DNA of 55,870 nt, the filler included, from Sphacelaria rigidula (Eukaryota): NCBI GenBank assembly GCA_964200075.2. It is 6 parts of 6 records of this genome, joined end to end, with 100 filler letters (N's around TTAATTAATTAA, not from the genome) between each part and the next. Parts side by side here need not be neighbours in the genome. Positions count along the whole stretch, not along the records: positions 9,330 to 18,558 come from CAXNAA020008988.1; positions 18,659 to 27,886 come from CAXNAA020008989.1; 4 more parts are not named here. One strand, given 5' to 3'. The notes beneath the pieces are model-generated. The model did not search any database. It was not told the DNA's origin and saw only the letters and a program-made list of their open reading frames with translations. This document shows positions 11,681 through 24,434 of the stretch, in pieces; the first letter of the stretch is position 1; every line of letters starts with the position of its first letter. The translations under genes were made by a program, and so were the position numbers.

Positions 11681-12107
11681 AGTCAGAATTCTCTCATGAG
11701 ATAATAAACTTATAGTTGGCTGTCCCCGACACGCGATACCCTGGCCAATGCACATGCGTGAACCTGTCTTGTCCGATTATATTGCTATTCCCTTCGTTCT
11801 CCTTCCCCTTTATTTGTCTTGTTCGCTATCGTTATACTGGTGAAGCGCTGCTATTCATATTACTGGTTCCATCTTTTCTCACGCCGTTGATGACTGAGAA
11901 TGTTTCTTCCAGACACCGCCCTCGTGACTCTTGAATCATGGAGACTATAATACACTGCGGTACGGTTGGATATGTTTTATGCCTTGTGGGAATTATATCA
12001 ACCGCAGACCAGGCCACGTCCATCTGATACATCATCTCAAGCAGGAAGGGGCTCAATTGCGAGGTAGATTCCCCGATGTACCAAGATCCGCAAACGGTTT
12101 ACGGACA

Positions 12108-12470
12108 GCCCAGAGCGGTCAACAAGATTAAGGACTTCTCCGGACTGGGTGGGATCGTTTCTGTACGGTGTTCAAATTCCCTACGCGGTCTAACCCGGCA
12201 GAGCGGTCAACAAGATGAAGGACTTCTCCGGACTGGATGGGATCGTTTCTATACGGTGTTCAAATTCCCTACGTGGTCTAACCTAACCCGGCAGAGAGAT
12301 CTACAAGAGCGGGAGATGCCGAGACTGTTTGAGATTGTTCTGCATAGTGTTTAAATTCCCTACGTGGTCTAACCCGGCAGAGCAGTCAACAAAATCAATG
12401 ACGCCTCCGGACTGGAAGGGATCGTCCTACACGGTGTTTAAATTTCCCACGTGGTCTAACCCGGCAGAAC
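12108..12470. repeat. ~88-bp tandem repeat, about 4 copies
   Basis: cagagcggtcaacaagat..ggacttctccggactgg..gggatcgtt..ggtgttcaaattccctacgtggtctaacccgg; unit starts about 12111, 12199, 12291, 12377. Confidence 0.9.
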
Positions 12471-12580
12471 GATTATCAAGATCGACGGCTACACCCCGAC
12501 GCTGAACTCGGAAGAGGGACACGGTAACACGGCGATCCATCGTGTGAATCACGTCAGTCCCAGGGTTTTTCAATCCTAGG

Positions 12581-13146
12581 ACTGACGGGGGGTGTTACGG
12601 ATCGCGGCGTGATGCGGTGGAAGGGGGCCAGTACAATGATAGGCCGTTGATTCGGAACGAAGATACGCGCCCGGAGGGCTGATCGCAGGAACTGGCTAGT
12701 ACCTGCGGTCAGGGGTGAGGATGTTAAGTAATCTGTCAAGATACGGAGTACATAAAAACATGCCTCTTACATCTGGTTGAATCCGATTATTTCTAAGAAT
12801 CGGTGCAACGCTAGGATGCCCTGGTGTTCAGAAATACTTCTCGAGAAGACTCTGGCTATCAATAACACCGAGGAACAAAAGAAATCGAATCACCTGAAGC
12901 TGTGAACAAGGATATCATGACGATCGACGCGTACTGTACTGCGTTGGACTGTCTCCCCACGCGCTGTGAACTTACGATTGTTACAAGATTGACGGTGAGA
13001 CGGTTTGGAGCTTGAGTACTTTATGAACGGATGTGAAAGGATCGGCCTGTAGTAAATGAACATGAACGAACTCGTGCACAAATGAATGGCAGTCAAATAA
13101 TAAGTAGAATGAAAGGTCCCACGCGAAACAGTGAAATTTCGTAATC
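12581..13146 (+). mobile_element. Possible polypurine tract and start of the 3' LTR of the upstream Gypsy element (end uncertain)
   Basis: ACGGGGGG immediately followed by TGTTACGG at 12593; no clean ...CA end identified. Confidence 0.4.
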
Positions 13147-13249
13147 GTTGACCGAAGTTTTGTTGTTTGCCTAGTTCAGTGATCAACCTGCACTGTAGAG
13201 TTAAGCAAATGCTGACAACAACTGGAGACTGCCGTTTACTTGTATTAGA

Positions 13250-13935
13250 GATGTGCTTTGAGATGCGAGCTCCTACGGTCTTGGGCAGCTGGGAAATGAC
13301 GGCCTTCGATCAACGGGTATTTTTTCGACCAGCGGACATGTTTGTTTTATCTTGGAGCCAAGACCCCTTCTGCGCAACACATATGTGCTGCTGAAGCCGA
13401 AGTGATGGAGGTCGTTGGAAACTATGTCTTCGGCCGGCAAATGCTTTTATCGTTTTTTTCAAGCGAGGAAACCTCGTGCAAGACACAAGTGGTGCCAAGG
13501 CTCTAGAGCTCCAGGCGAGTGAAGATGAGGGATTCTGGCAAGCGTATCATGGAGTCGAGACACACACTTCGAGACGACGTGCTTCCAAGAGTAGAGACCG
13601 CGAAAGCTGACGGATATTGGTCGGCCACTGTGTTTTTGACCAGCGAATATTTCTATATTTTCTTGAGATCGAGGCACCCACCTCAAGACGTGCTGCGAGG
13701 GCTCTACGCGGTCGGAGATGAGACGGGTTTCGGCAAGCGAATAATCCTTCGACCAGCAAGTATTCACTTCACGTCTCTTCAAGAAACCAACACTCCGAAT
13801 TCGGGACACGTGCTCTCGAGGCTCTAGGGGGCAACAGTGAGGTATTTAGGCCAGCGGACGGCCAGCGAATACTTTCGCCCTCTTTTCTAGTATTGAGACC
13901 CCTACTTCAAGATACGTGCTTCAAGAGCTCAAGAC
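13250..13935. repeat. Highly degenerate ~110-bp tandem repeat
   Basis: tcgaccagcg-like motif at about 13325, 13430, 13637, 13750, 13859, alternating with caagac(a)cgtgct..gctcta motifs. Confidence 0.55.
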
Positions 13936-14093
13936 GGCGCGTGCGGGTGCGGCTGGGTGGCCTTTCGCTTGTGTGACTCAGGTTTGTAGAACATGTCCCC
14001 CCCCACCCCTCGCCGCCAACCAAGCGGGACGAACAAAGTTCAAACAAGCGCGAGCAACACGAACCGCACGAAACCGCAGCGATGAGTTCGCTC

Positions 14094-15235
14094 TCACCAC
14101 GAGCTCTCTCTGCCCAAGCGGCAACTCGCGGCGTTGAGAGCTGGAGAAAGGAAGGCGACGTCGGCAAGTTTTTCGTTTTGGACAAGTAGGCAAGAAAATG
14201 GCGAACAGTCACGCCCGCTAAGGCACATTATTATGGACAGTGCTTTTGCCAGAGATATCAGAAATTTTGATACTGCTTGCTCTTTGACGGCAATAGCGGC
14301 AACGCCTCTAGCACTCTCGTGCCTGCGCACTCGGACAGGCCTACGTTGTGTTGCCTCCTTGCCCGTCAAAATGTCGTGCCTGTCTCCACCGCCGGCGACC
14401 TTCACACTATCTTGCACCACACTCGGCGATGCATGAAGTGTATGCTTGCGCAGCGTAAAGAGCAATTTCTCTTGCCCTGTATCATTCGCACCATCCAAAA
14501 ATGTGTCACATAGACAGTTCTCGATATGTGCGGGCATGAGGTCAGAGACCGCTGGCTCCTCAACAACGTGCCAGCGTGCTTGATGCGCGTTCGTTGCGTG
14601 TACCTCATGAAGGTAGTCCTCATACTTACGCGTAAACTGAGCAGATTTTTCACTTGAAAACTTGCGATCGTAGTAGGACATATCCAGAAATAGTACACGG
14701 ACAGCGCGACCATCGATGACAACATATTGTTGCGGCGCACGAACAACATGGCTGTCCACCGCGACATACTCCTGCACCTTGTACATTTCGGTCAGCAGTA
14801 CAGCACTCCACACGCATTTTTGAACACGAAGTCGCCTCCCATTCACAGGAACAAAACCTCCATCCTTATACCGTGACGTGCTGTACCATCTTACAACGAC
14901 GACCACACACGCCTCTTCCTCACGCGGTTCTCACCACGTCTTGAAGTCCTTAGAGTCCTCTTCTTGACCGTACCTGGCCAAGCGTGGCACAAGCAACTCT
15001 CGCTGGCTCCACCAGGTAGTAATTTCGCCGCTTTTCTGGAACGTGCACAGGCTCGCCAGCTGTCGGTCAGCCCCCCGCACCTCTCGCACGAGCGATACCA
15101 CAGCCCACCCCAGCACTGCCTCAGAACCTCCTCGACTCTACTTCTTCAACTTCTCGCGACATTAACACGCCTTGAACTGGTCTTGTTTGCTGCAAACTGA
15201 TCAGGCCTGCAGTCTTCCCTATCTTGAAGTATCAG
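14094..15235 (-). pseudogene. Unidentified degenerate coding sequence (270-aa ORF plus in-frame upstream 61-aa ORF), probably transposon-borne
   Basis: ORFs 14931-15116 and 14094-14906 are in one frame separated by a single TGA; non-repetitive globular-looking sequence; the LTR at 15296 lies just upstream. Confidence 0.4.
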
Positions 15236-15295
15236 CTGCTTTTCAGCGAACCTATCGCTAGTCAGCGGACTTAATGGACGTTCATTGTAGACTTC

Positions 15296-15536
15296 TGTCA
15301 CTCAAGATCAGATTGCCATGTGTACTCCTACCATCACCGGCACATGGACTTCAGCAGGTTTAGTTATTCATATGTTAACCCTCAGCATAGTACAGGAGAA
15401 CAGGACCATAGCCTCTCCCCACCAGAGTGGCAAAATCAAGCCTACTCGTGATGGAGGTCACCATCAAAGAGTCGGGCAATCAGACCCGCAACTCCACCTA
15501 CAACGTCCCTGATCTTAGGTAACAATGGTGGCTAGG
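15296..15536 (+). mobile_element. 5' LTR (15296-15524) plus PBS-like TGG of a truncated LTR retrotransposon
   Basis: Termini TGTCACTCAAGATCAG...CTGATCTTAGGTAACA are an imperfect 16-bp inverted repeat; followed by A-TGGTGGCTAGG. Confidence 0.6.
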
Positions 15537-18496
15537 TCTACAGTACGGAAGTAAACCCTCTTCCGGCTCTAGGTTGCACTCAAGGCCTACATCGAAAGAA
15601 ACGCCCGTCGATAGCGTGGACAGAGCAACAGCTGGTTGGAGGAAAAAGGGAAGTAAAGTAGGGAGGCGCCTTCGAACCATGCGAAACGTCGCGCGGGCGA
15701 GTCGGAAAAGGGAGACGTGAGTAATGGACCTTCCGAGCTTTTCGGACTCAGGCCCCCTCCAAGAGCGGACAAGGAATGGAAAAACGATAGCCACAGTGCG
15801 TCAAGAGGAAATAGCAGCAGAGAATAAGTTGTTGGTCGTTTTCCCAGGGATGCTGTCTCTCGATCAGTCTGGTTGAACGTCGCCATCAACGGATGATGAG
15901 GCAAGCTTGGGTGACAGCAGTACCATACGCACAGGCACGAGAAAGACATGAAAAGAAGAGGGTTATATAGTGACAGCGATAGAACAGATTGCAGAGAAGC
16001 GTAGTCCGTAGGATTGGCCGACAAACAGACCAAGGACGGACTGAAGAGCGTTGGTAAAGGATGGTGATCTCCAGAAAAAGATGAGTAGTGAGTTAAAGTA
16101 TGCCCGAAAATGGGGACTACAGCACACCCCCGTCTTGCAGTTTTCTGTGGTGGGACACTCTCTCTTGTCTCGCCCAAAACGGCCTAGGCGCTGCATCATC
16201 TCACACACACATATGGATGCACGCATTCCCAATCTACCTCGGAGGAAACAAGCACCGCCTATCCACGCCACCTACTCCCCGACTACCCCACTCTTGTCTA
16301 GTGAACAGCGCATTCACACGATTTGCATTCGTGGTCAAGGGCAATCATAACTTCACACACGCATGTCTGGGCGCTTGTCTTTCCTCGCCTCAGACCGCGT
16401 TCGTGGAACGTTGTGTGCCGCCCACGGAGCGCGCGAAACGGCGCCCAGAGGCTGACGGTATCGAATCGAACCGATGCACGCAGCACGCGCCACACCTTGC
16501 AGCTCGAACGCGGTGCGTCGTGTGTCTCCACACACAGCGCACGGCGAGGAAAACCTGGACACATCAAATCGAATCGATGTGTCCAGAGCGCTTCGATCGA
16601 ACATCTACCAATTCTCTCGAATCCTCCAAGCTCTCAAAACGCACAAACACCCACGCTCAGCCACGGCACTCTCAAGATCAACTCGCACATGCATTTCTGG
16701 GTACTTGCCTTCTCGCGTCGGGACGCAACAAAAGACTCTGCGACACACTGTAATAGCCACTCTCAAAACGCGCTGTCACTATACAACGAACGGTACGCAT
16801 CGGAAGGCGTACGGTCGGGCGAAGAACGGAAGCGATCATTGCTTACATGCTCCATCGCTGGGCGCAGGTTGAAAAGCATGCTCCACGCTACACACCATTT
16901 GTACTCCTTCCTACACACGCATACAACTTTTCTTCGGCCACAATGGTTGAAAGCCGCCATCGAAGATTTCACCTTCCAACAACACACAACGCACACGACG
17001 CGCCGCAAGGAGTAAAAACACTTGAAAGGACGCCGACGGGCCTAACGGATCTTGAATCCATATCGTAGAAGCTCGACGCAGCGCGCGAAAATGTGTGCAT
17101 GGCGCGTTCCCGGCACCTGAAGATACACCGAAGCAAATCGAGCAGCGAGCGTGTTTCGGTGCGTACGAGACAGGCGCAAGATGAGGGAGGCAAATGAAAG
17201 GGGCAGTACGATGTGTGACGCTTGTTGTGCCGTTTCGCAAGGCTAGCTCGTCGTTAAGGCACGCTGTGTGTGTATATATATACATATATATATGCAGTGC
17301 GTGTGTGGCATTTATGACAAATCAAACAATGATGGATACGATTCGTCTACCGTCTACAACCACAGTGACAGAGTTTCCAGGTAAACTGCAAGCCTTGTCT
17401 AACCGGTTCGCGGGGTAAGTGTTGGGTGAGGTATTGTCCTTCCTTCAAGCAAAAAAGGGGAAAAAATGGTTTTGCATCACATATTATCTTGTTTCTCGCC
17501 CTCTCCTCGGGTCATCTGTTTTGCAACATGTTTTCATACTACTGGTCACTGATAGAAGGTCATAAAAGTAATGTCACACCCGGGAAACGCCAGACGCCAA
17601 ACGCCAAACGTTGTGGAGCGGGAAAACGGTGGGGGACTCAACCCAGAAGCTATTTTGGCACATAAATTTCACCGGTGTAAGGTAAATTGAATTGGACGGG
17701 GATGCTACGAGCTGAGCTGGGCCGGTAAGAACGCGGGTTTAAGCTCTCAGAGCAATATCTCGTCGACACAGGTGAGTTGGGCCGTGATCCGCATATCGTA
17801 TTAATTGCCTGATCAAGTGGAAGGTGCTCACCAACTCAAAAGTCTGGGCCATTTTTTCTTCTTGATTACACCCCATATCTTGTAATTCCTACACCGTACG
17901 GAATTAGTGTCCATACTAAAGTCTATATGAAATCCCAAACGATATATACAACGAATGATGGCGACTTTTGGTGTGGACGTTTCTTGGCGCACAGGGAAAC
18001 GGTCGATATCCTTACCTTCGCCTAGGTCATCATATAGATATGGCGCACATAACATCCAATACTAAAATTATTACATTACGAGCACAGGCACTAAATGCAC
18101 TAAATCTGGATATGGCGTCTCAGTTTCGAAGGGTTATGCTTCCAAGTTTGTATGGAGAAACGCTAGTGCATGATGAAAGAAACACAAAAAGCTCTTATGT
18201 TTTCTTCATTTTCTTCCCCTTTTTGTTCCATCTCGTTTTGTTCGTTTTTTAAGGGACGATGCTATCGGACCTCATCTCAGTTTTTCAGCTAATTTTTTTC
18301 CATTTGAAACTCACCACGGAGAATCGCGAAGGCATGCCGAAGAAAAAATGAAGATAGGCCTTCAATTTGATATTTTCATGAGGGAGGTATGCGCGTTATC
18401 GTGAAAGTATGGTCTTTACTGTACAAAAACATCCTGAACAATTGAAAAAAATGTTAGTATTCAAGACGCACCAATTTTTTTGTTCATTATGGGCCG

Positions 18497-18558
18497 GTCG
18501 CCCCCGGTGGCTCAGTTGGTAACCTCGTAACCTTCTGATGGTTGAGTTGGGGGGTTCG
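18497..18558 (+). mobile_element. tRNA-derived SINE head (or tRNA pseudogene), cut by the contig end
   Basis: A-box TGGCTCAGTTGG and B-box start GGTTCG at tRNA spacing; no convincing anticodon stem. Confidence 0.6.
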
Positions 18559-18658
18559 NNNNNNNNNNNNNNNNNNNNNNNNNNNNNNNNNNNNNNNNNN
18601 NNTTAATTAATTAANNNNNNNNNNNNNNNNNNNNNNNNNNNNNNNNNNNNNNNNNNNN
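18559..18658. other. Artificial contig spacer
   Basis: N44-TTAATTAATTAA-N44. Confidence 0.99.
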
Positions 18659-18769
18659 CCCCCTCCCCCATTGGTGCTCCGTCTCAGAAGGGATGCGTGG
18701 TCAACGGTCAATAGACTGAAAATAAATGAGTACCCCCCCCCCCCCCCCCTCCTGTTTGAGTATTAACGT

Positions 18770-19040
18770 CGGTAGGCAGCGGCGCTGCAAAGTATGTCTC
18801 TCACTGTGTAGGCTAGTTATCCAGCTTCCCGCTTTTTCGCGCTTGCGTTTTTGTTGCGGTAACCATGATGGTGGTCCATTTTGTGCTGAGTGGGAGAACC
18901 TCAATTGCGCGCGAACGGGACGCTCGTACGACGCAGTATACAAATCCCGAAACACCCATGCTGAGGCAGTGTGTCACCCGTGGTCATCTCTGGCAGTGGC
19001 GATACCAGAAAATGAAGCAGCTCATTGAAGGCTGCCATCT
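18770..19040 (+). repeat. Dispersed repeat, related to 28670-28965
   Basis: Shared blocks cgcttgcgttttt..gcggtaacc, gagtgggagaacctc, acacccatg, tctctggNagtggcgatacc. Confidence 0.7.
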
Positions 19041-20299
19041 ATATGCAAGATAATCAATACGCTTTGGGCACTTTCTCAATGCTGTATTGTGTTTGTTTCT
19101 TCCTCGAGCTCCGGTCGATTTCGGCTGAGTGCTTTATTTCGGGCGCGGACAGAGATTGAATCGTGACGTATTCACAATGGCGAGGGCACACTTGCCACGA
19201 CAGTGCGCTCTTCCTTCAAGAGCTTTCTCCTCGTTTTCGTCGTCACGCATGGTCGCCATAGATTACTGATGCAATGTCGAACGTTTTTTCTCGGCTCGTA
19301 TATTCAGCCTTTTAGTTCCAAAGGCGCTCATGCAGGCAGGCCAGACCATTGGCAAACCCGCATCGCTTGTGCCTGGATCGTTGGGGGCTCACTCCTTAGG
19401 AGAAGAATGTTCTGAGGTTGCACATTTCCTCGTGAAATGCTGAAATTGATCCCATGTTGCGACTATCAGCTTGGACTGCTGAAATGATCGCAAGCTGGAG
19501 ATATCTGCTCAACCTGTTGTACGGTGCAGAGTAATCACGAATGATCCCATGGGTGGGGTCCAACTCACTGGCGCTTACGGGCGGAAACGTCGGCTGTTTC
19601 ATCCATGATGCGAGCTCTTCGCACTTTCCACTGCATTCCGATGTTGAGGGTATTTCACACTGATTTGGGGGGGCAGAAAACAATTGCCAAAATACAGCGA
19701 CTACTGCGCACGTCGGATTGAGGGGTAAGGGTGGATGTGCAGAGGTTCAAAAGATATCGACAGTGGGATACGGAAATCCCGAAGCACCATCCCGACCAAT
19801 GGCAGAGCAATTGAGTTTGACAAATCACGCGCTCACGAAAATGATCAGATACAAATAATTCCGGTGCGAGTCGGAGAAGATAAATTTCGTACGATTCATG
19901 ACCTTTTATCCCCAGCAACAAGGAATAATCCCGATGGGGCCACGAGTGGTGATGCAGACACGGATCCTGCATGTGCGCTTTCAGTGAAACCGGGCCACGG
20001 GCTTGAGGATATGATGTTGCGAACTTCGCATCTGCGGCGGTCTCGGGGTGGTGCTGCGCGTTCTGTAACTAGTAGGAAACATGCGAGTGAGGCATACCGA
20101 CGAGTGCCCATGAATTCTGCGGGTGAACATGTTATCAGTCATGCTGTGGATGGTATGGTGGTGTTTGATCTACGGCTGCAGTTGTGATGGCGGGGTGAGT
20201 TGGGTCTCTGACCTGGCCGTTGGCGGCCTCTGCGCGTGAATACTCACCTGGTCATACGTATTACTCAGTGCCCGTGCATCAAATGCCCGCCAATCGGCG

Positions 20300-20800
20300 T
20301 CGTTAGGGGCCACGTTCAAGAAAATACGTGATTGGGGCATTGTATTGCTCCCTGTCAACTGGGAACCGATGTCGGGGGCTGCCGGCCACATCGCTGACCC
20401 ACGGTAAATATGCCACGGTGATAGTAAAAAAGTCTTCCGCTGGATTCGTATTGCACGTACCATTCGTCATTGCACCAGTATCCACCAAGCACAGCACCAA
20501 ATGGATATGCCTATCGGACACTTGTCGGTGTGAAGCGTGCTCCAAGGGGTCGAAGCGTAGTTTCCCACAAGTAAAAAATCCACCGCAGTTGCGGCGGCAA
20601 GTATCTTCGACGGCACCGTGCGCAGCAGAACATCTAGCATCACGGTCGGAAGCTGGAGGCCGAGTATTGCCTTTAGGTCTCACAGTACTCCATTTTTTGT
20701 TGGCTCGGAAACCCAAAGTATTTGCTGGCAGTGCCGATCGAGGAAAGATGTTGCGTTGCTTCATCACAAGCGGCAAATTCAACGGCCGTCACGGATTTCG
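20300..20800 (-). pseudogene. Possible retrotransposon aspartic-protease remnant
   Basis: IHLVLCLVDTGAMTN has the hydrophobic-D-T-G-A retropepsin motif (about 20471-20489); no other domain recognised. Confidence 0.3.
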
Positions 20801-22849
20801 GCCACCTGTGTGGAGTTCACGGTTTCTGGTCACTGAACAAGTGCTTGATATTACTGGGTGTAGATCAGGATTCAGTTTGTCGTGTTTTTTTTTTTGGCTG
20901 CAAGAGACTGCGTGTGTTCAGGAAGCCAAGCTTGCATTTGAGGTATGCAGACAAGTCCACGAACGATTCTGTGTTGCTCAAATCCAGGTATAATCTACAG
21001 TCGGGAGTTGCTTCCTATACCAATGGGTACCAGGGTGATCAGTTACCATCCAAACCTCACCGTGCACTACCGTGGTGGCTGGATACCGCGTAAAGTGGTA
21101 GCAATCTCAAAAAGGTATAGATAAATGAACCTTAGAAGGCACGGCGGCGATGAAAAGCTTACTACCGTACCAACAAACGAACGATAGATACGACACATAC
21201 AGTCGATGGTTCGCGGGCGATGAAGCGGTCAACACCCAACTAACTCCTTTGGGCCACACCCCGTGTTGGTACTACATTAAGGGAGTGTTGATATTGTGCT
21301 TTTTCGCCTCCCGGTGGTGCTAAACCAATTGTATCAGCAGGGAGTGGAGCGATAAAGCGGCCAGCGACCGCAAACGGGCACGTCATTTCTGGGCTGTGAA
21401 CTGGCAGCTCTTTTCACTTAAGTTTGAACTGGCCGCGATACATCGATGTTCTTCCACTTGATCGCCATCGCCGATCAAGTGGAAAAGCATCAGCGGCGAG
21501 CGGCGAAGCGCAAGTCCCAACTCCCCTTGCCGGCTGGTGAGGGGGCCTCGCGGGAGCGCCGCGGGGGGCAAGAAATATTGCGGTATTTGGCTTGTGCTCC
21601 CTTCAAAAATGTGGATATGTAAAAAATATGCGACCGCTTACAATGAGGAGCCAAGGGGCTTCGGTGACATTCAAATCGCATCCGATGAGGTGAGCGATTA
21701 GAAAATCACTCATCTGTGGCATGTAGCAGCAGAGACTCTCCGTGAGAAGAGGAGGGTGGGGACAAGGAAGCCAAGACTGGCAGCATGTAGGGATAAGAGC
21801 GCAATTATTACTCACGTCCTGACCGACAAACATGCATGTAGTTGGATAGCCAACCGTGGCGTAACTGGTTTTTGTGGTCGCAGGTTACCGTTTGTTGTTT
21901 TTGTTCTCGGATGCCGTGCAATGAAACGATACACCTTGGCATATATCCGCTCTATCACATCGAGGTGCAGTGGCCATTCGTCGTGCAGTCGGCAACGGGC
22001 GACTGGGGTTTCGCGTTCGGCAGTTCCACATCAAGCGTCCCGCCGTATAAAATCACAACACATTTTTCTTTCATGTTCCTCATTCGACTCACCAGCCGTC
22101 GACCTACACGCTACGGCCGAAAAAAGAGAAAACTGCAAAACCACGAGGTACCAACAAAGCAGAGGACACGAAAAAAAGCAGGAAACACCTGAAGCAGTCA
22201 ACTAGTGAGCGGGCTACGGCAAACCCGGTCTCTATGTGATGTTATACTACCACAGAAAATCAGACCTATGCTGTAAAAGTCGACCGAAACACGAAGCATG
22301 AAGCTGTGCACCGTTGGGTCACGTGTCGTTGACGTAATCGATTTCCGTCGACGCCTTCGAAATTCCCTCCGTCTCAATCACACCCCATATTCCTCTGCAA
22401 CTGTACAGGGCAGGCCTCGATTGTACCGTAAATTGTACCATAATAGTGTAAGCATCGTTGTTATAAACTCATCATACTAAAATTGATACAAAGTAGTCGG
22501 TAATGGCGAAGGTCAAATAAACTGGATAAACTGGCGCCCTCGTCGGCAGTTCCAGTTTAACTCCAGTTCCAGTTTGATCAACAGTATTATCTGATCCAGT
22601 TCACAGCCCTATCATTTTGAGTTTAAACGGGACGAGCATGCCTCGGGGAGACACGCCGCATAAAATAATGAAGTTATTCCACAAAGAGAGGTAAACAAGC
22701 ATGCCCTGAAGATGAGATTATCCGTCAAAACGTGTCCTGCACACAGCATCGATGGTTGCGTCTAGTGCAGTACAGTAATCATCACTTCATCCCAAGCATG
22801 CAGAGTACAAACCGCCTTGGGCCGCCGATACTGTTGAGCCAAAGCTGCC

Positions 22850-23100
22850 TGCGGCCTCAACCTATACATACTTGAGATCTCAGTGTCATCAAACGCCCAG
22901 CGCGCTGTGATTGAACGCCCAACCTTCCGGAATACCGCCTCTACACTGCTGATGCCGGGACAGCACTGTGTATGATACTGTTCTAGTACTGGCCATGACT
23001 GGTGAGGTGTGCTGGAATGAAAGCACGCTTTTGACACTTCTGGATAGGTGTGATTGATTTCGATCACGTGTACCACTCTTTGCACTAACGACCAGCCAGA
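22850..23100 (-). pseudogene. Possible hAT transposase C-terminal dimerisation-domain remnant
   Basis: Across frameshifts reads roughly HLT/VMA/QYH/AVPASA/SVEAVFRKVGRSITAR, resembling the hAT P-L-A-Y-P-SS-ER-FS-G-IT-R pattern. Confidence 0.45.
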
Positions 23101-24066
23101 AAGACGCGTTTCTGGTCGTTCGTGAGGGGGGTGGGGCAAGGGAGTGAACACCATCACCCCCACCATATCCTACGGTGCCATCTCCGAGCTGTCCTACGCT
23201 TGGGGTTTCGGAATAACTGAAATTCCGCATCGGACGGCACGGGTGCAGGGTATATAATCCCCGATAAGGTCCCGCAGCTATTTTTTGTAGGTACTTCGCA
23301 ATAGGCATTAAATTTCATACTATACAAACTACACTTTTTGCTGCTGTTTTTTGTCAAGGGTGTGAGATATGACACCACTTACTTGATCGGACGAACATTC
23401 CACGCAATACCATTACTTGATTTTAGTGTGTACACTGACCTTCGGATATTCAGTGGGGCTGACAGTCTCAAGTGCTCCTGCCGTACCGTGAGCAGAACGC
23501 GTTTCTGTTCAAATCCGCGCCGTAGGCCCAGGTTTGATGTCTGCCAACGCACACTTTGCTAGAGCACCCTCTGCACTCTCCTGGCCCGAGAGTTCACAGA
23601 ATACCTGTGTTTGGCGTTAGACTTGGCGTTATTTCATATCGAAACATTTCCAAGGAATTTCTTCAAAGAGCCATTCAGACAAGTGACGATACGAGCCCAT
23701 AACACTTCGACTGCGACCCCTCATGAGATGGACCCAGACAGAACACGCCACATAAAGGATTGAAAAAATGCTGTTTTGTCACTGGACAAAGGCCCCTTTT
23801 CCGAGAACATGTGGGTGTTGGGCATATATGCGTAGAAGATAGTCATGGAAACCCGTGATCGGTTATGAGCTCGCAGTAGAGTACATGCAGAGTTACTATG
23901 TACCTCGTCGCTGAGCGATTTTCCATTTTTGTGGGCGCATGCTTCTTATGGTGTACAAGCGGCGCACGCTGGCAGTCACCGCTGACTCGAAATTTGCAAC
24001 CAGCATACATCCTGTGCTATCATCCATGCTTTCGTAGCAGTCCTGGTACTGTCAGTGCAGGGCTGC

Positions 24067-24152
24067 GTGACGATTTACAGACAACCGATTAGACTACCGT
24101 ACAGTCAGCGCTGACTGTACGGTAGTCTAATAGGATGCCTATAAATCGTCAC
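24067..24152. repeat. 86-bp loopless palindrome (perfect 44-bp core 24088-24131)
   Basis: gtgacgatttacagacaaccgattagactaccgtacagtcagc|gctgactgtacggtagtctaataggatgcctataaatcgtcac; 4 mismatched pairs in the outer part. Confidence 0.95.
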
Positions 24153-24154
24153 AA

Positions 24155-24434
24155 AAGTTGGTCGCTGGTTCGATTCCTGTCGGACGCACTTTCTTTGAAG
24201 AAAAAAAGGTAAACCCTACCCCCGGTGAAAACGAGGGTGGTGGGGGAGAGTCCAATCCCCGAGTTGACTGCTGGGGACCCCAGTGAACACACTCTGGAAA
24301 TGAGTGGGAGAGACGAGTAACTCCGAATGGATACGTGTGGCCACATTAGACCGATATCGTGGGCGCGAACAGTTGAACAGCGCTGGCAAGGGGAGTCGCC
24401 CTCCTCGGAGTGAAAGCGACGGGGATCGAACCCC
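24155..24434 (+). mobile_element. 5'-truncated tRNA-derived SINE fragment
   Basis: B-box GGTTCGATTCC near 24167 followed by a SINE-like body; A-box missing. Confidence 0.6.

Noticed and set aside
10544..11755. Many overlapping repetitive ORFs on both strands
   Set aside because: Products of a 40/41-bp minisatellite whose unit is not a multiple of three.
16051..17285. 217- and 230-aa overlapping ORFs
   Set aside because: Open in several frames with no recognisable motifs; no frame could be supported.
18497..18558. Functional tRNA gene
   Set aside because: Truncated by the gap and lacks a proper anticodon stem; SINE head more likely. Sequence after the gap belongs to another contig.
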